Source: Synergistales bacterium
Lineage (GTDB): Bacteria > Synergistota > Synergistia > Synergistales > JAFGMB01
Length of the DNA stretch: 64,000 nt
Assembly: GCA_963666205.1 (NCBI GenBank)
Contig: OY762654.1
Coordinates: 2,208,001 to 2,272,000 of the forward strand
Reading direction: 5' to 3'
Shown here: in pieces, positions 1-9,364 of the stretch
How the letters are laid out: each line of letters starts with the position of its first letter
How positions within the stretch are numbered: position 1 is the first letter of the stretch
Notes under the pieces: model-generated
Told to the model about the DNA's origin: nothing
Database searches by the model: none
Seen by the model: only the letters and a program-made list of their open reading frames with translations
Position numbers and translations under genes: made by a program

Positions 1-2
1 GT

Positions 3-506
3 ATAGTCCTTTATGCCGGTTCATTTTCCAAGATCCTTGCTCCTGGTACCAGGGTTGGCTGGTGCACGGGGCCGCAAGCCTTGATCAAACTGATGCAGAG
101 CTTTAAACAGGGTGTTGATGTATCAACAAGCGTCGTAGCCCAGGCCCTTGTTTCAGAATACTGTCGAAAGGGATATCTGGATTCCTTCCTTCCCAGAATA
201 ATAAGCCATTATAGGAGGAAGCGGGATCTCATGGAAGAAGGTTTCCGTAAATATCTTCCCCTGGAAAAAGTGAAGTATGTTACTCCCCAGGGAGGATTTT
301 TCTACTGGCTTCAAACTCCTGATATTTCCACCAAGGCTCTTTTTGAAAGGGCCATAGACAAAAAAGTGGCCTTTGTTCCTGGTGATGCTTTTTATCCTGG
401 AGGTGGTCCTGACAGCAATTTCAGGGTCTGCTATACCTTTGCTTCTGCTCATGATATGGAAGAGGGTATCAGAAGACTTGCCGAAGCCATGGCGGAGCTC
501 CTCTGA
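3..506 (+). CDS. PLP-dependent aminotransferase, class I/II (ARO8/MocR-like), 5'-truncated by window edge
   Basis: The frame is open from position 3 and reads IVLYAGSFSKILAPGTRVGW (PLP-lysine motif SFSK..PG.R.GW). The C-terminus has PQGGFFYW and VAFVPGDAFY..NFRVCY. Confidence 0.9.
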   Translation: MVLYAGSFSKILAPGTRVGWCTGPQALIKLMQSFKQGVDVSTSVVAQALVSEYCRKGYLDSFLPRIISHYRRKRDLMEEGFRKYLPLEKVKYVTPQGGFFYWLQTPDISTKALFERAIDKKVAFVPGDAFYPGGGPDSNFRVCYTFASAHDMEEGIRRLAEAMAELL

Positions 507-608
507 TTCCTGATATGGGGATCTCATTTTCGACAGATCAGGGAGTTGTTATATACTGAAAAGGGAGTCTGTTGTTATACTTTCTTTTCTCCAGAGGAGG
601 GTTATGTT

Positions 609-1325
609 TTGAAATATGAGATCGAAAAGGAAGTCTTTGCGCGTTACCCGGGGTATTGCAGGGCAGTACTTCTTTGCAGAGGTGTTGATAATACCGGTGA
701 AGATGTAGCTCTTCTGGAACAGCTCAGGAACTGGGAAAATGATATAAGAAATAACCAGGGTATGGCCGAATACAAGGAAAATCCGAATATTGCTTCGTGG
801 AGAGAAACATTCCGTTCCATGGGACTTAATCCCAATAAATATCCTCCCTCAATTGCCAATCTCATCAAGAGGACCTACGGGGGGAAGGATCTTCCTTTCA
901 TCAATAAACTTGTGACCATTTTCAATATAATAAGCCTGAAGTACATCACCCCATGTGGAGGAGATGACCTCGATGTGGTTACAGGTTCAATAAGGCTCGG
1001 AATTGCTTCGGGTGAAGAGGAATATGTTCCTCTTGGACAGCCGGATAAAATAGAACATCCTTCTGAAGGGGAAGTCATATACTATGATACGGGAAATAAT
1101 GACGTATTCTGCAGGGGCTGGTGCTGGAAAAATGGTGACAGAAGCAAGATAGTGCCGGAAACAGTTAATGTGGCTATCAACATCGAAGGCATGCCTCCCG
1201 TTACTAAGACTGATCTAACGAATATTTCAAAAGAGCTGGCTCAAATGGTAGAGAGTCATTGCGGTGGTTCAACTCAGATCTTTCTGTTAACAGAGAATGA
1301 TCCTTCTTTTGAAATAGAACTTTAA
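609..1325 (+). CDS. B3/B4 domain protein (PheRS beta editing-like)
   Basis: Motifs WRETFRSMGLNPNKYPPSIANL, PFINKLVTIFNIISL, GGDDLD and GEVIYYD. TTG start at 609 follows GAGGAGG. Confidence 0.85.
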   Translation: MKYEIEKEVFARYPGYCRAVLLCRGVDNTGEDVALLEQLRNWENDIRNNQGMAEYKENPNIASWRETFRSMGLNPNKYPPSIANLIKRTYGGKDLPFINKLVTIFNIISLKYITPCGGDDLDVVTGSIRLGIASGEEEYVPLGQPDKIEHPSEGEVIYYDTGNNDVFCRGWCWKNGDRSKIVPETVNVAINIEGMPPVTKTDLTNISKELAQMVESHCGGSTQIFLLTENDPSFEIEL

Positions 1326-1342
1326 GAAATCCAGGAAGGGAT

Positions 1343-2254
1343 GTGGATAGGTTGTTTCGAAATTACCAGGAGATGATCGAAAAGGCAAGATCCCTTGGTC
1401 CGGTAAGCATGAGCGTTGCAGTTGCCCAGGACAGGGATGTGCTTGAGGCCGTAAAAATGGCTGAAGATGCAGGCATAGCAAGGGCCATTCTTGTGGGGAA
1501 CGAGGACGCCATTCGCTCCAGGGCAGATGAAGTTGGTCTTAGAAGGGATATGGAAATAATCCATGAAGGGGATGATTTCAAGGCCGCTCTCAAGGCTGTG
1601 GAACTTGTCTCTACAGGCAGAGCCGGGATCCTTATGAAGGGGCTTGTTAATACGAGTGTTTTCATGAAAGCAGTTCTGGATAAGGAAGTGGGATTGAGAA
1701 CGGGTAATCTTTTGAGTCATCTGGCTGTGTTTGAGATCCCCAATGCGAAAAAACTACTATTCCATACGGATGGGGGTATCAATGTAGCCCCTGATCTCGA
1801 ACAGAAAAAACAGATACTCATAAATGCTCTTTATGCTCTTAAGGAGATGGGGGTTATCAATCCAAAGGTGGCAGTGCTTACAGCAAACGAAAAGGTGAGT
1901 GAAAAAATGCCTGCTACTGTGGATGCTTCGAAACTGACAATGATGAATAATGACGGGCTTATCCCCGTATCCTGTGTTCTGGAAGGGCCCATAGCCCTTG
2001 ATGTTGCCACTGATCCCCATGCTGCTGAGCATAAGGGCATTGCCAGCAGGATCACCGGCGAAGTGGATCTTCTCCTTTTCCCGAATATTGAAGCGGGGAA
2101 CATTATGGGCAAGACCCTTATTCATTATGCCGGGGCCAAGATGGCGGGTATAGTTCTTGGAACTTCTCACCCTGTAGTCCTGGCTTCAAGGGCTGAAACA
2201 GCCGAGGGAAAACTCAATTCCATAGCTCTCGCGGCTCTTGCCGTTAAAAGGTAA
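1343..2254 (+). CDS. ptb: phosphate butyryltransferase / phosphate acyltransferase
   Basis: Motifs ILMKGLVNT, LLSH, TDGGINVAPDLEQK, EGPIALDVA, PNIEAGNIMGK and VLASRAE. Confidence 0.85.
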   Translation: MDRLFRNYQEMIEKARSLGPVSMSVAVAQDRDVLEAVKMAEDAGIARAILVGNEDAIRSRADEVGLRRDMEIIHEGDDFKAALKAVELVSTGRAGILMKGLVNTSVFMKAVLDKEVGLRTGNLLSHLAVFEIPNAKKLLFHTDGGINVAPDLEQKKQILINALYALKEMGVINPKVAVLTANEKVSEKMPATVDASKLTMMNNDGLIPVSCVLEGPIALDVATDPHAAEHKGIASRITGEVDLLLFPNIEAGNIMGKTLIHYAGAKMAGIVLGTSHPVVLASRAETAEGKLNSIALAALAVKR

Positions 2255-2264
2255 TTTTATTGAG

Positions 2265-2315
2265 TTTCAAACAGAAAGGGAGGGAAATATAATTTCCCTC
2301 CCTTTCTGTTTGAAA
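2265..2315 (+). terminator. long perfect inverted repeat (24-bp stem), probable intrinsic terminator
   Basis: TTTCAAACAGAAAGGGAGGGAAAT-ATA-ATTTCCCTCCCTTTCTGTTTGAAA directly after the ptb stop. Confidence 0.75.
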
Positions 2316-2586
2316 TCCCGTTCTTTTCGTAAATCTACAGAATTTACGATCTATACGATCGACTATAAGACAGAATATGCGCTAAAGAAAAAATTGCAGG
2401 ACAAGCTCTCTCTGCCTGGAAATGGAGTTAACAGGATAGAACTCCAGGTACCCAACCTCCTCGAAAATTATCCGTTTATCGATGAACTGGATCACAGGGA
2501 CACTTTTTTGTAAATTCATGGTTCCAGTCACCGTATCAAGGACCGGTTACAATAATTTCCAGACTCGGAGGAGTTACTGAATTGAG

Positions 2587-3024
2587 GTGATCCATATGCT
2601 GGTTGAAAAAGCGAAGGATTATTATCTGAATCATGAACTTAACTGCGCAGAGAGTCTCCTGAATGCAGCTAATGATATCTATGACCTTGATATCGAAAAA
2701 AATGGTTTAAGGATAATGGCTGCCTTCGGGGGTGGAATGGGTATAGAGAGTGTCTGCGGGGCCATAACAGGAGCCCTGGCGGCACTCTCGGTTATGTTCT
2801 GTGAGAACAAGGCTCACGAAAGTCCAGAACTTAAAGAACTCTGCAGGGGCTACTTTGCTGAATTCGAGGAGAAATATCATAGTAATATCTGTTCGCAACT
2901 CAAGGAAAAGTACAGGACCGAAGATGAGAAATGTCTGAAAGTAATAGAGATAGCTGCAGAACTGCTTGAAAAAGTGGTAAAAGAAGAACAGATACGAGTA
3001 AGACAGCAGGAAAATGTGCTCTAA
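2587..3024 (+). CDS. C_GCAxxG_C_C family putative redox-active protein
   Basis: NCAES, FGGGMG, VCGAITG, NICSQL and C-terminal KC. Confidence 0.85.
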   Translation: MIHMLVEKAKDYYLNHELNCAESLLNAANDIYDLDIEKNGLRIMAAFGGGMGIESVCGAITGALAALSVMFCENKAHESPELKELCRGYFAEFEEKYHSNICSQLKEKYRTEDEKCLKVIEIAAELLEKVVKEEQIRVRQQENVL

Positions 3025-3159
3025 AAGATAATCGGGGGACCTTTTCTTAAATGAACATCCCCCGATATACCAGTTTCTTTCAACCATGCAAGATGACATC
3101 AACCAATTGTCCATTCCGAGATCATTCACCTGGTAAAACAGCGAACCTGGTGAAGCCAT

Positions 3160-4485
3160 AAGAGTTTTCCCAACCCCTTCATAGTAAAAACCTGCATTGT
3201 AGATCCCAATGGGATGATACATGTTCCTGAAGTCAAAAAATTGTCTTCCTTTCATAATTTCCCCGAGTCATTGAAGGTCAATTCTCCTGAACTGATTTCA
3301 GTCTGTGAGTATTACCACTGCATCTGCTCCGGTACATGCATCATATTCGTCAGAAGAGTAGGACACGAAGGGATCATATTCTTTAAGGGCTTTTCTTGTT
3401 TCGGGAACCCCCTTCGGATCATAGGCTCTGATATTCGCGCCTGCGTTTACGAGGTTTGAGATTATAGCCAGAGAAGGGGATTCTCTAACATCAACGGTTT
3501 CTGCTTTGAAGCTGAGGCCAAGGATGGCAATGACCTCTCCATCAATGTATCCCTCAAAGGCTTCCGTTATTTTATAGACCATTCTGAGTTCTGGTTATCA
3601 TTTGCCAGTATTTCACTTTTGACGATAGAAACTTCCAGATCATTATCCCTTGCCATGCAGGTCAGAGTCCTGGTATCCCGGGTAAAGCTGCTTCCTCCAT
3701 ATCCCGGTCCCGGATGCAGAAATTCTGAACTTATCCATCCCCATTGTTTTTACCAGTTGATGGACGTCTGCGCCTACAGCTTCACAAAGGTTAGCCATTT
3801 AGTTAATGAAGGCAATTTTTGTTGCAAGGAAGGCGCTGTAGGCATATTTGATGAGTTAAGCTGTTTCTGGATTTGTTATTACAAAGGATATATCGTTCAG
3901 CTTGAGAGGGCTGTAGATACTTTTCATGATCTGTGAGGTTTCAAGATGATCGGAACCCATGACTATCCGGTCGGGATGGGTGAAGTCATAAAGCGCACTT
4001 CCTTGTCTGAGGAATTCCGGATTCGAGACCACATCAAATGTATGGATGAGCACTCTTTTGGATAATTTTTCTTCGATGATGCTGGCTATCTTACGGGATG
4101 TTCCGACAGGCACTGTTGAATTTTCAACGATTATCTTGTGATCTTCCATTATCCTTCCTATGGATGCTGCTACCTGCCAGACTGCTTACATGTCTGCTGA
4201 ACCGTCTGAAAGAGAGGGAGTTTCCTTGCACATGAAGATTACGTTGCTGTTTCTGATAACGGTATCTATTTTGCATGAAAAATCTATCCTTTCCAGGTTT
4301 CTGACCCGGTCAAAAACTACTTCCAATCCTGGTTCGTAAACAGGGATTTCACTCCTGTTGAGGGATTGGATCTTTTCATGGTCCATATCTGCGCAACTAA
4401 TATGAAAACCGAAATCTGCCAGGCAAATTGAGGTAACAAGGCGTGCATATCCTGTTCCGATAACACCTATCCTTAATTCCTGCAT
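3160..4485 (-). pseudogene. ugd: UDP-glucose/GDP-mannose dehydrogenase family pseudogene
   Basis: Fragments IGVIGTGY, PVYEPGL, STVPVGT, SNPEFLRQG, LIKYA..FLATKI, PGPGYGGSSF, LGLSFK and FFDFRNMY. In-frame TAA at 4186-4188, 3856-3858 and 3799-3801, a frameshift near 3720-3735, and TGA at 3298-3300. Confidence 0.9.
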
Positions 4486-4654
4486 TTTTTCACCATAATA
4501 GAACCTCCGTTATTGAAAGGACTGTAGTTCTACATTCCAATGTCGATTACTAATTATAGAGAAGGAAAATGAAGGAGAGGTTACATAAAGGTAAAGGCTG
4601 GGAAACATCTTATTTATTTGGAGGCTGACTGAAAAAAGAGGGAGTGAAAGTCTT

Positions 4655-4709
4655 TGTTACAGAGCTGCAATGTATATTTCAAAGATATGTAACACAGGAT
4701 TGATAAACT
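4655..4709 (+). promoter_or_regulatory. Pho-box-like array plus -10 element
   Basis: Four half-sites at an exact 11-bp period (TGTTAC 4655, TGCAAT 4666, TTTCAA 4677, TGTAAC 4688), then TAAACT at 4704, upstream of alkaline phosphatase. Confidence 0.6.
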
Positions 4710-4770
4710 TCATAAAGAAAGATCATCGAAAGGGTTGATATGCCCTATCAGAATTCAAGGAGTGAGTAAA

Positions 4771-6324
4771 ATGAGAATCATCAACAGATTCAGAAGAACC
4801 GGTTTTTCTCTAGTATTGGCAGTCTTCGTTGTTAGTCTTTTTATCTGCTTAGGAAACTCCTCTGTTTTTGCTGCAGAAAAAGCGAAATACGTTTTCATGA
4901 TGATAGGTGACGGTCTTGCTCTTACCCAGAGGAATGCCGCAGAGATTTACCTTGCTGCTTCCAAGGGCGAAAGCCCTAAACCAGGTATAGTTAAGCTTAA
5001 CATGAGCAAACTCCCTGTCCAGGGTATGTGTACAACCTACTCAGCTAATTCCATCATTACAGATTCTGCTGCTGCCGGAACTGCCCTTTCAACGGGACAC
5101 AAGACAAAATCTGGTGTCATAGCTATGGATCCCGGTGGTAACGAAAGATTTCCTATAATTACCGAAATGGCCAAGGCTGCAGGAATGAAGATCGGCATAA
5201 TCTCCACAGTGGATATAGATCATGCTACTCCTGCAAGCTACTACGCTCATCAGCCCACAAGGAATAATTACTACGAGATCTCCATGGAACTTGCCAGTAG
5301 TGGTTTTGATTACTTTGCTGGCGGAGATGTAAAAAAACCCACAGGAAACAAGAAAGACCAGCCCAGTTCCATCGAGGCTATTGAAAAGGCCGGCTACAAG
5401 AGGATTACAGACAGGGAGAGCTTCCTTGCCCTTAAGGCGGGTGAAGGTAAAGTCATGGCGGTTAATCCAGTTCTGGATGGTTCCAAAGCTATGCCCTACT
5501 ATATGGACCGTTCAGATAAGGAGATCACTATTGCTGAATTCACCAGGAAGGGTATAGAGCTTCTAGACAATCCCAAAGGCTTTTTCATGATGATAGAGGG
5601 TGGAAAGATTGACTGGGCTTGCCACGCCAATGATGCCGTTGCTTCCATAACCAATACAATAGCTTTTGATGAGGCGGTGGGAGTTGCCCTCGAATTTTAC
5701 AATAAAAATCCTGAAGAAACCCTCATCATAGTGACCGGTGATCACGAAACCGGCGGTATGACCATTGGTTTTGCGGGGACCCAGTATGATACCTTCTTTG
5801 ACAAGCTGAGCAACCAGAAGGTTTCCTACGAGGCTTTTGACAAGGTTATAGCCGATATGAGGAAGAATGCCAATGCTGAATTTGAAGATGTCCTTCCCCT
5901 CATAAATGAGTATTTCGGACTTAAAGTCTACACTGCAGAGAAGATAAGGGAGCTCAATGAGAAAGCCAAAACTGGAGATGCAGTGGCAAAGTCAGCTCTT
6001 GGAATGGCCCTCAAGGATTATGAAGTTGACCAGCTAAAGGCTTCTTTCTCTCAGAGCATGATCGGAAAGAAAGAAAGATCCAAGGACGATGAGACCTACC
6101 TTCTTTACGGCGGATATGAGCCTCTTTCCGTTAACATCACCCACATCCTCAACCAGAAAGCGGGTCTTGCATGGACCTCCTACTCTCACACAGGTGTTCC
6201 CGTGCCAGTTTCAGCGATCGGTGCCGGTGCAGAGATCTTCAATGGATATTATGATAACACGGATATTTTCTACAGGACTGTCCAGGTTATGGGAATCGGG
6301 GTCCGTAAGGTTGCCTCGAAATAA
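4771..6324 (+). CDS. phoA: alkaline phosphatase with signal peptide
   Basis: MIGDG, ITDSAAAGTALSTG (catalytic Ser), HATPA, EGGKIDWACHAND, TGDHETGG and HTGVPV. RBS AAGGAG precedes ATG 4771. Confidence 0.92.
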   Translation: MRIINRFRRTGFSLVLAVFVVSLFICLGNSSVFAAEKAKYVFMMIGDGLALTQRNAAEIYLAASKGESPKPGIVKLNMSKLPVQGMCTTYSANSIITDSAAAGTALSTGHKTKSGVIAMDPGGNERFPIITEMAKAAGMKIGIISTVDIDHATPASYYAHQPTRNNYYEISMELASSGFDYFAGGDVKKPTGNKKDQPSSIEAIEKAGYKRITDRESFLALKAGEGKVMAVNPVLDGSKAMPYYMDRSDKEITIAEFTRKGIELLDNPKGFFMMIEGGKIDWACHANDAVASITNTIAFDEAVGVALEFYNKNPEETLIIVTGDHETGGMTIGFAGTQYDTFFDKLSNQKVSYEAFDKVIADMRKNANAEFEDVLPLINEYFGLKVYTAEKIRELNEKAKTGDAVAKSALGMALKDYEVDQLKASFSQSMIGKKERSKDDETYLLYGGYEPLSVNITHILNQKAGLAWTSYSHTGVPVPVSAIGAGAEIFNGYYDNTDIFYRTVQVMGIGVRKVASK

Positions 6325-6369
6325 TAGAGTTTTTCAGATTTTGGACTACAATTTTTAATTTTATTTTTC

Positions 6370-6399
6370 CAAGGCAGGCGATATTCTTCGCCTGCCTTG
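6370..6399 (+). terminator. intergenic hairpin, weak terminator or stabiliser
   Basis: CAAGGCAGGCGA-TATTCT-TCGCCTGCCTTG with no long U tract. Confidence 0.5.
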
Positions 6400-6427
6400 C
6401 CTTTAGCAGAAAGCAGGTAAAATAATT

Positions 6428-7573
6428 ATGGCAAAAAAATTTATCAAGTGGTTTTTCTCAGGATCGAAAGGGAAGGATTATGTTTTTACAATTATCGTTA
6501 TGATTCTGACTGCTTCATTATTTCTTGTACCAACGGGTTTTGAAAACAGACTTCCCGATAATGCGGATCATGTTCTCGCAAAGATTCTTTCTGTTGATAA
6601 TTCTATGGTCCTTCAATTCGGTCTGATAAAGAGTGGTTCCCAGTTCCTGGAGATAAAGATATTGGAGGGGGATTTCAAGGGCAGGGTTGTGAACGGAGAT
6701 AATACCCTCCTGGGGAAAATGGAGCTTGATAAGATTTTTCAGCCAGGTGACAGAGCTCTGGTTGATCTAAGTCTCAATGGAGATAGAATAACCTATGTTC
6801 ATGCTGCTGACCATTACAGGTTGTCCACAGAGTTATTTCTTCTGACAGTCTTTGCCACCCTCCTTCTGATATTTGGTGGCTTTACTGGTCTGAAAGCCCT
6901 TCTCTCCTTTCTTTTTTCAGCATTGGCCATATGGAAATTGCTTATTCCTTCTTTTTTAAGAGGGTGTGATCCCATAGTGGTATCTCTCGGGATTGTAGGG
7001 TTGCTGACTGCTGTGATAATTTTCCTTGTGGCGGGTATGAACAGAAAGGGAATTGTAGCATTTCTTGGTGCTCTCATGGGGCTTGCCCTGACCTGTATGC
7101 TGGCTCTGTATTTCTCTGGTCCTTTCAGATTACATGGTGCAGTAAGGCCATTTTCCGAAACCCTTCTCTATTCCGGTTTTCCCCACCTGAACCTGACAAG
7201 GATCTTTCTGGCCGGAATATTTCTAGCATCATCAGGGGCTGTAATGGATCTGGCTATGGATATCGCATCTGCCCTTCATGAAGTGAAGGTACATAATCCA
7301 GGGATCGATAGAATGAAACTCCTGAAATCCGGTATGGTCGTTGGGAGAATGGTTATTGGCACTATGACTACTACTCTCCTTCTGGCGTATTCCGGGAGCT
7401 ATATCACGATGTTAATGGTCTTCATGGGTCAGGGGATCCCAATGGAAAATATACTTAATCTGAATTATGTAGCTGCAGAGATACTTCATACTATCGTAGG
7501 CAGTTTTGGTCTTGTTACAGTAGCTCCCTTTACGGCAGTTATAGGAGCTTTAATATATACGCATCTTCCATGA
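6428..7573 (+). CDS. YibE/F family membrane protein
   Basis: GAVMDLAMDIASAL, GTMTTTLLLAYSG and EILHTIVGSFGLV; multiple TM segments. Confidence 0.85.
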   Translation: MAKKFIKWFFSGSKGKDYVFTIIVMILTASLFLVPTGFENRLPDNADHVLAKILSVDNSMVLQFGLIKSGSQFLEIKILEGDFKGRVVNGDNTLLGKMELDKIFQPGDRALVDLSLNGDRITYVHAADHYRLSTELFLLTVFATLLLIFGGFTGLKALLSFLFSALAIWKLLIPSFLRGCDPIVVSLGIVGLLTAVIIFLVAGMNRKGIVAFLGALMGLALTCMLALYFSGPFRLHGAVRPFSETLLYSGFPHLNLTRIFLAGIFLASSGAVMDLAMDIASALHEVKVHNPGIDRMKLLKSGMVVGRMVIGTMTTTLLLAYSGSYITMLMVFMGQGIPMENILNLNYVAAEILHTIVGSFGLVTVAPFTAVIGALIYTHLP

Positions 7574-7621
7574 AATAATGAGATCAGGAAATCTTTAATG
7601 ATCCACGGGTAGAATATGCAA

Positions 7622-7646
7622 AGGGTGGGAATCTTTTTCCCACCCT
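7622..7646. terminator. hairpin between convergent genes
   Basis: AGGGTGGGAA-TCTTT-TTCCCACCCT. Confidence 0.55.
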
Positions 7647-7682
7647 GGAATTCTAATATTTAAAATTTGAATTTACCGATGC

Positions 7683-7937
7683 TTATTCCTCTTCTTCTTC
7701 CTCCCATTCCATATCATCCATTTCTTCTTCGAGAGGGACCATTTTCAAGTCGAGTGCTATTGTATCGGTGTCGTCAAAAAACGTTTTTTCAAGTCTGACC
7801 TTCTCCTTTTCGGTTTGAAAGAACTCTGATATTGCATCCTGAAGCTCCAGGATCTGCTCCTGGGTGAGTGATTTTCGAAAAGCGGAGTCCCTTCCTTTTC
7901 CCTCATATTTGCCAGAATAAGATCTGGTTTTTCCCAT
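7683..7937 (-). CDS. small hypothetical protein with basic N-terminus and very acidic C-terminus
   Basis: 84-aa ORF with RBS GGAGGGTGG; ends EEEMDDMEWEEEEEE. Confidence 0.7.
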   Translation of the reverse strand: MGKTRSYSGKYEGKGRDSAFRKSLTQEQILELQDAISEFFQTEKEKVRLEKTFFDDTDTIALDLKMVPLEEEMDDMEWEEEEEE

Positions 7938-8195
7938 GTTAGAACCACCCTCCGAATCAAGAGTTTATTTTGCTTCGAATTATAGGAATTTGAGGGTAAA
8001 AAAACAAGTGGGCAAACATATTTTTGCCAATTTTCCAAAAAAGCTGTAATTCCAGTGACCATAGTGTTTTACAAGATCTTCAACTTTCAGAAAAGATAGT
8101 TCCTGAGAACCATAAAAGAGGTATTTCCAAAGAGGTGTTTTGGGACTATAATCCGTTAGTTTCTAAAATTTCATGCTCCAGGGCAAGGAGGACAA

Positions 8196-8735
8196 ATGGA
8201 AATGGACCCCTTGGGTCTTGCTTTGATTTTCGGTGCTCGAATTCTGGACGTCAGCTGCGGTACTTTCAGGATATTGCTGCTTGTGAGGGGGAAACGGGTT
8301 CAGGCTGCCTTTATGGGATTCTGTGAAGTAAGCATCTACATGCTCGTTCTGGGCTATATTCTTGGTGGAGGCGGTGCCCTTACCCTGCCTCAGCTTATGG
8401 CATACGCAGGCGGATATGCAGCAGGTAATTTTATTGGGGCTTTCCTTGAAGAAAAACTTCTGAATGCTTACGTGATGCTTGAGATAATTGCGGAGAGGAA
8501 CGGCAATACCCTGGATCTTGTCGAGATACTCAGACAGGAAGGATTTGGAGCAACGGTTATCAATGGCAAGGGCAAAAAGGGTATAAGAAATATCATTAAG
8601 GTAGTTTGCCGGAGAAGCGATATTTCGAGAGTCTCAAGGATAATCGGGGATGAGTCCTGTGTCTTCATGTCAGATGTCAAGGCATGCTGGGGAGGTCAGT
8701 TCCCCGTTAACAAGAGTATTACCATGAAAGTCTGA
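8196..8735 (+). CDS. UPF0316 (DUF5698/DUF2179) membrane protein
   Basis: IFGARILDVSCGTFR, AYAGGYAAGNFIG and LRQEGFGATVING.G. Confidence 0.85.
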   Translation: MEMDPLGLALIFGARILDVSCGTFRILLLVRGKRVQAAFMGFCEVSIYMLVLGYILGGGGALTLPQLMAYAGGYAAGNFIGAFLEEKLLNAYVMLEIIAERNGNTLDLVEILRQEGFGATVINGKGKKGIRNIIKVVCRRSDISRVSRIIGDESCVFMSDVKACWGGQFPVNKSITMKV

Positions 8736-8825
8736 TAAAACCTTTTCCTTCAGAGTCTGGTTAATTTCTCCATGGTTGTAAGTAAAATATAATTGTTCCT
8801 CTGGCACTATTTCAAGATATTATTT

Positions 8826-8861
8826 AAAAGGGCTTTCCAGATCAGGGAAAGCCCTTTTTTT
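8826..8861 (+). terminator. intrinsic terminator
   Basis: AAAAGGGCTTTCC...GGAAAGCCC followed by a T-run. Confidence 0.75.
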
Positions 8862-8879
8862 ACGGATAATTTATAAATT

Positions 8880-8908
8880 TTGCAATTCAGTTGCATAAAG
8901 AGTATTAT
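8880..8908 (+). promoter_or_regulatory. sigma70 promoter overlapped by a putative Zur operator
   Basis: TTGCAA-N17-TATTAT. The palindrome TGCAA-N5-TTGCA (8881-8895) covers the -35. Confidence 0.65.
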
Positions 8909-8914
8909 CTGCCT

Positions 8915-9343
8915 ATGGAAATAAGCAGAGTAGTGGCTCTACTAAAGCAGCGAAATATCCATAAAACGGATCAAAGGATGGAAATACTTCGATGCGTAAA
9001 TGAAATGGATACCCCCTTCTCAGCCAGGATCCTTCATGAATACCTTTTGATACCTGAAATAAACAGAACTACCGTTTACCGAACCCTGGCCTGTTTTAAA
9101 GAAAAGGGGCTTGTGCAGATGGTATTTCATTCGGGAAGGACTGAATATTTCTTTTCTGCATGCAAAAAGAAATCTATTCATGGCCATTTCCAATGTGAAA
9201 TATGTGGAAAGTGGTTCTGCATGAAACCATTTTCCCCTGGAGATTTAAGTAGTATTCAGAAAATGGGTGAACCTGGATTTGAGATTCAGGGTATTGATCT
9301 GCTTTTTACAGGATTTTGTCCCGAATGTAAAAGGGAAATATAG
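8915..9343 (+). CDS. zur: Fur family regulator, probably Zur
   Basis: TDQRMEIL, INRTTVYRTL, HGHFQCEICG and GFCPEC; heads the zinc ABC operon. Confidence 0.85.
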   Translation: MEISRVVALLKQRNIHKTDQRMEILRCVNEMDTPFSARILHEYLLIPEINRTTVYRTLACFKEKGLVQMVFHSGRTEYFFSACKKKSIHGHFQCEICGKWFCMKPFSPGDLSSIQKMGEPGFEIQGIDLLFTGFCPECKREI

Positions 9344-9364
9344 AAGGGAGCAGGGTTTTATTAA

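Noticed and set aside
541-582. Short direct repeat GGGAGT..TGTTAT..ATACT upstream of the B3/B4 gene
   Set aside because: Only two imperfect copies overlapping the probable promoter; insufficient to call a repeat or operator.
2238-2513. 91-aa ORF after ptb
   Set aside because: It runs through the 24-bp terminator hairpin and has no RBS or recognisable motif. The distal part could be a gene remnant, but I cannot support that.
3799-4188. Repeated in-frame TAA at Glu positions in ugd, suggesting stop-codon reassignment
   Set aside because: The same gene also has a frameshift, TGA stops and a mutated catalytic Cys, and many intact genes here end in TAA. This is ordinary pseudogenisation.
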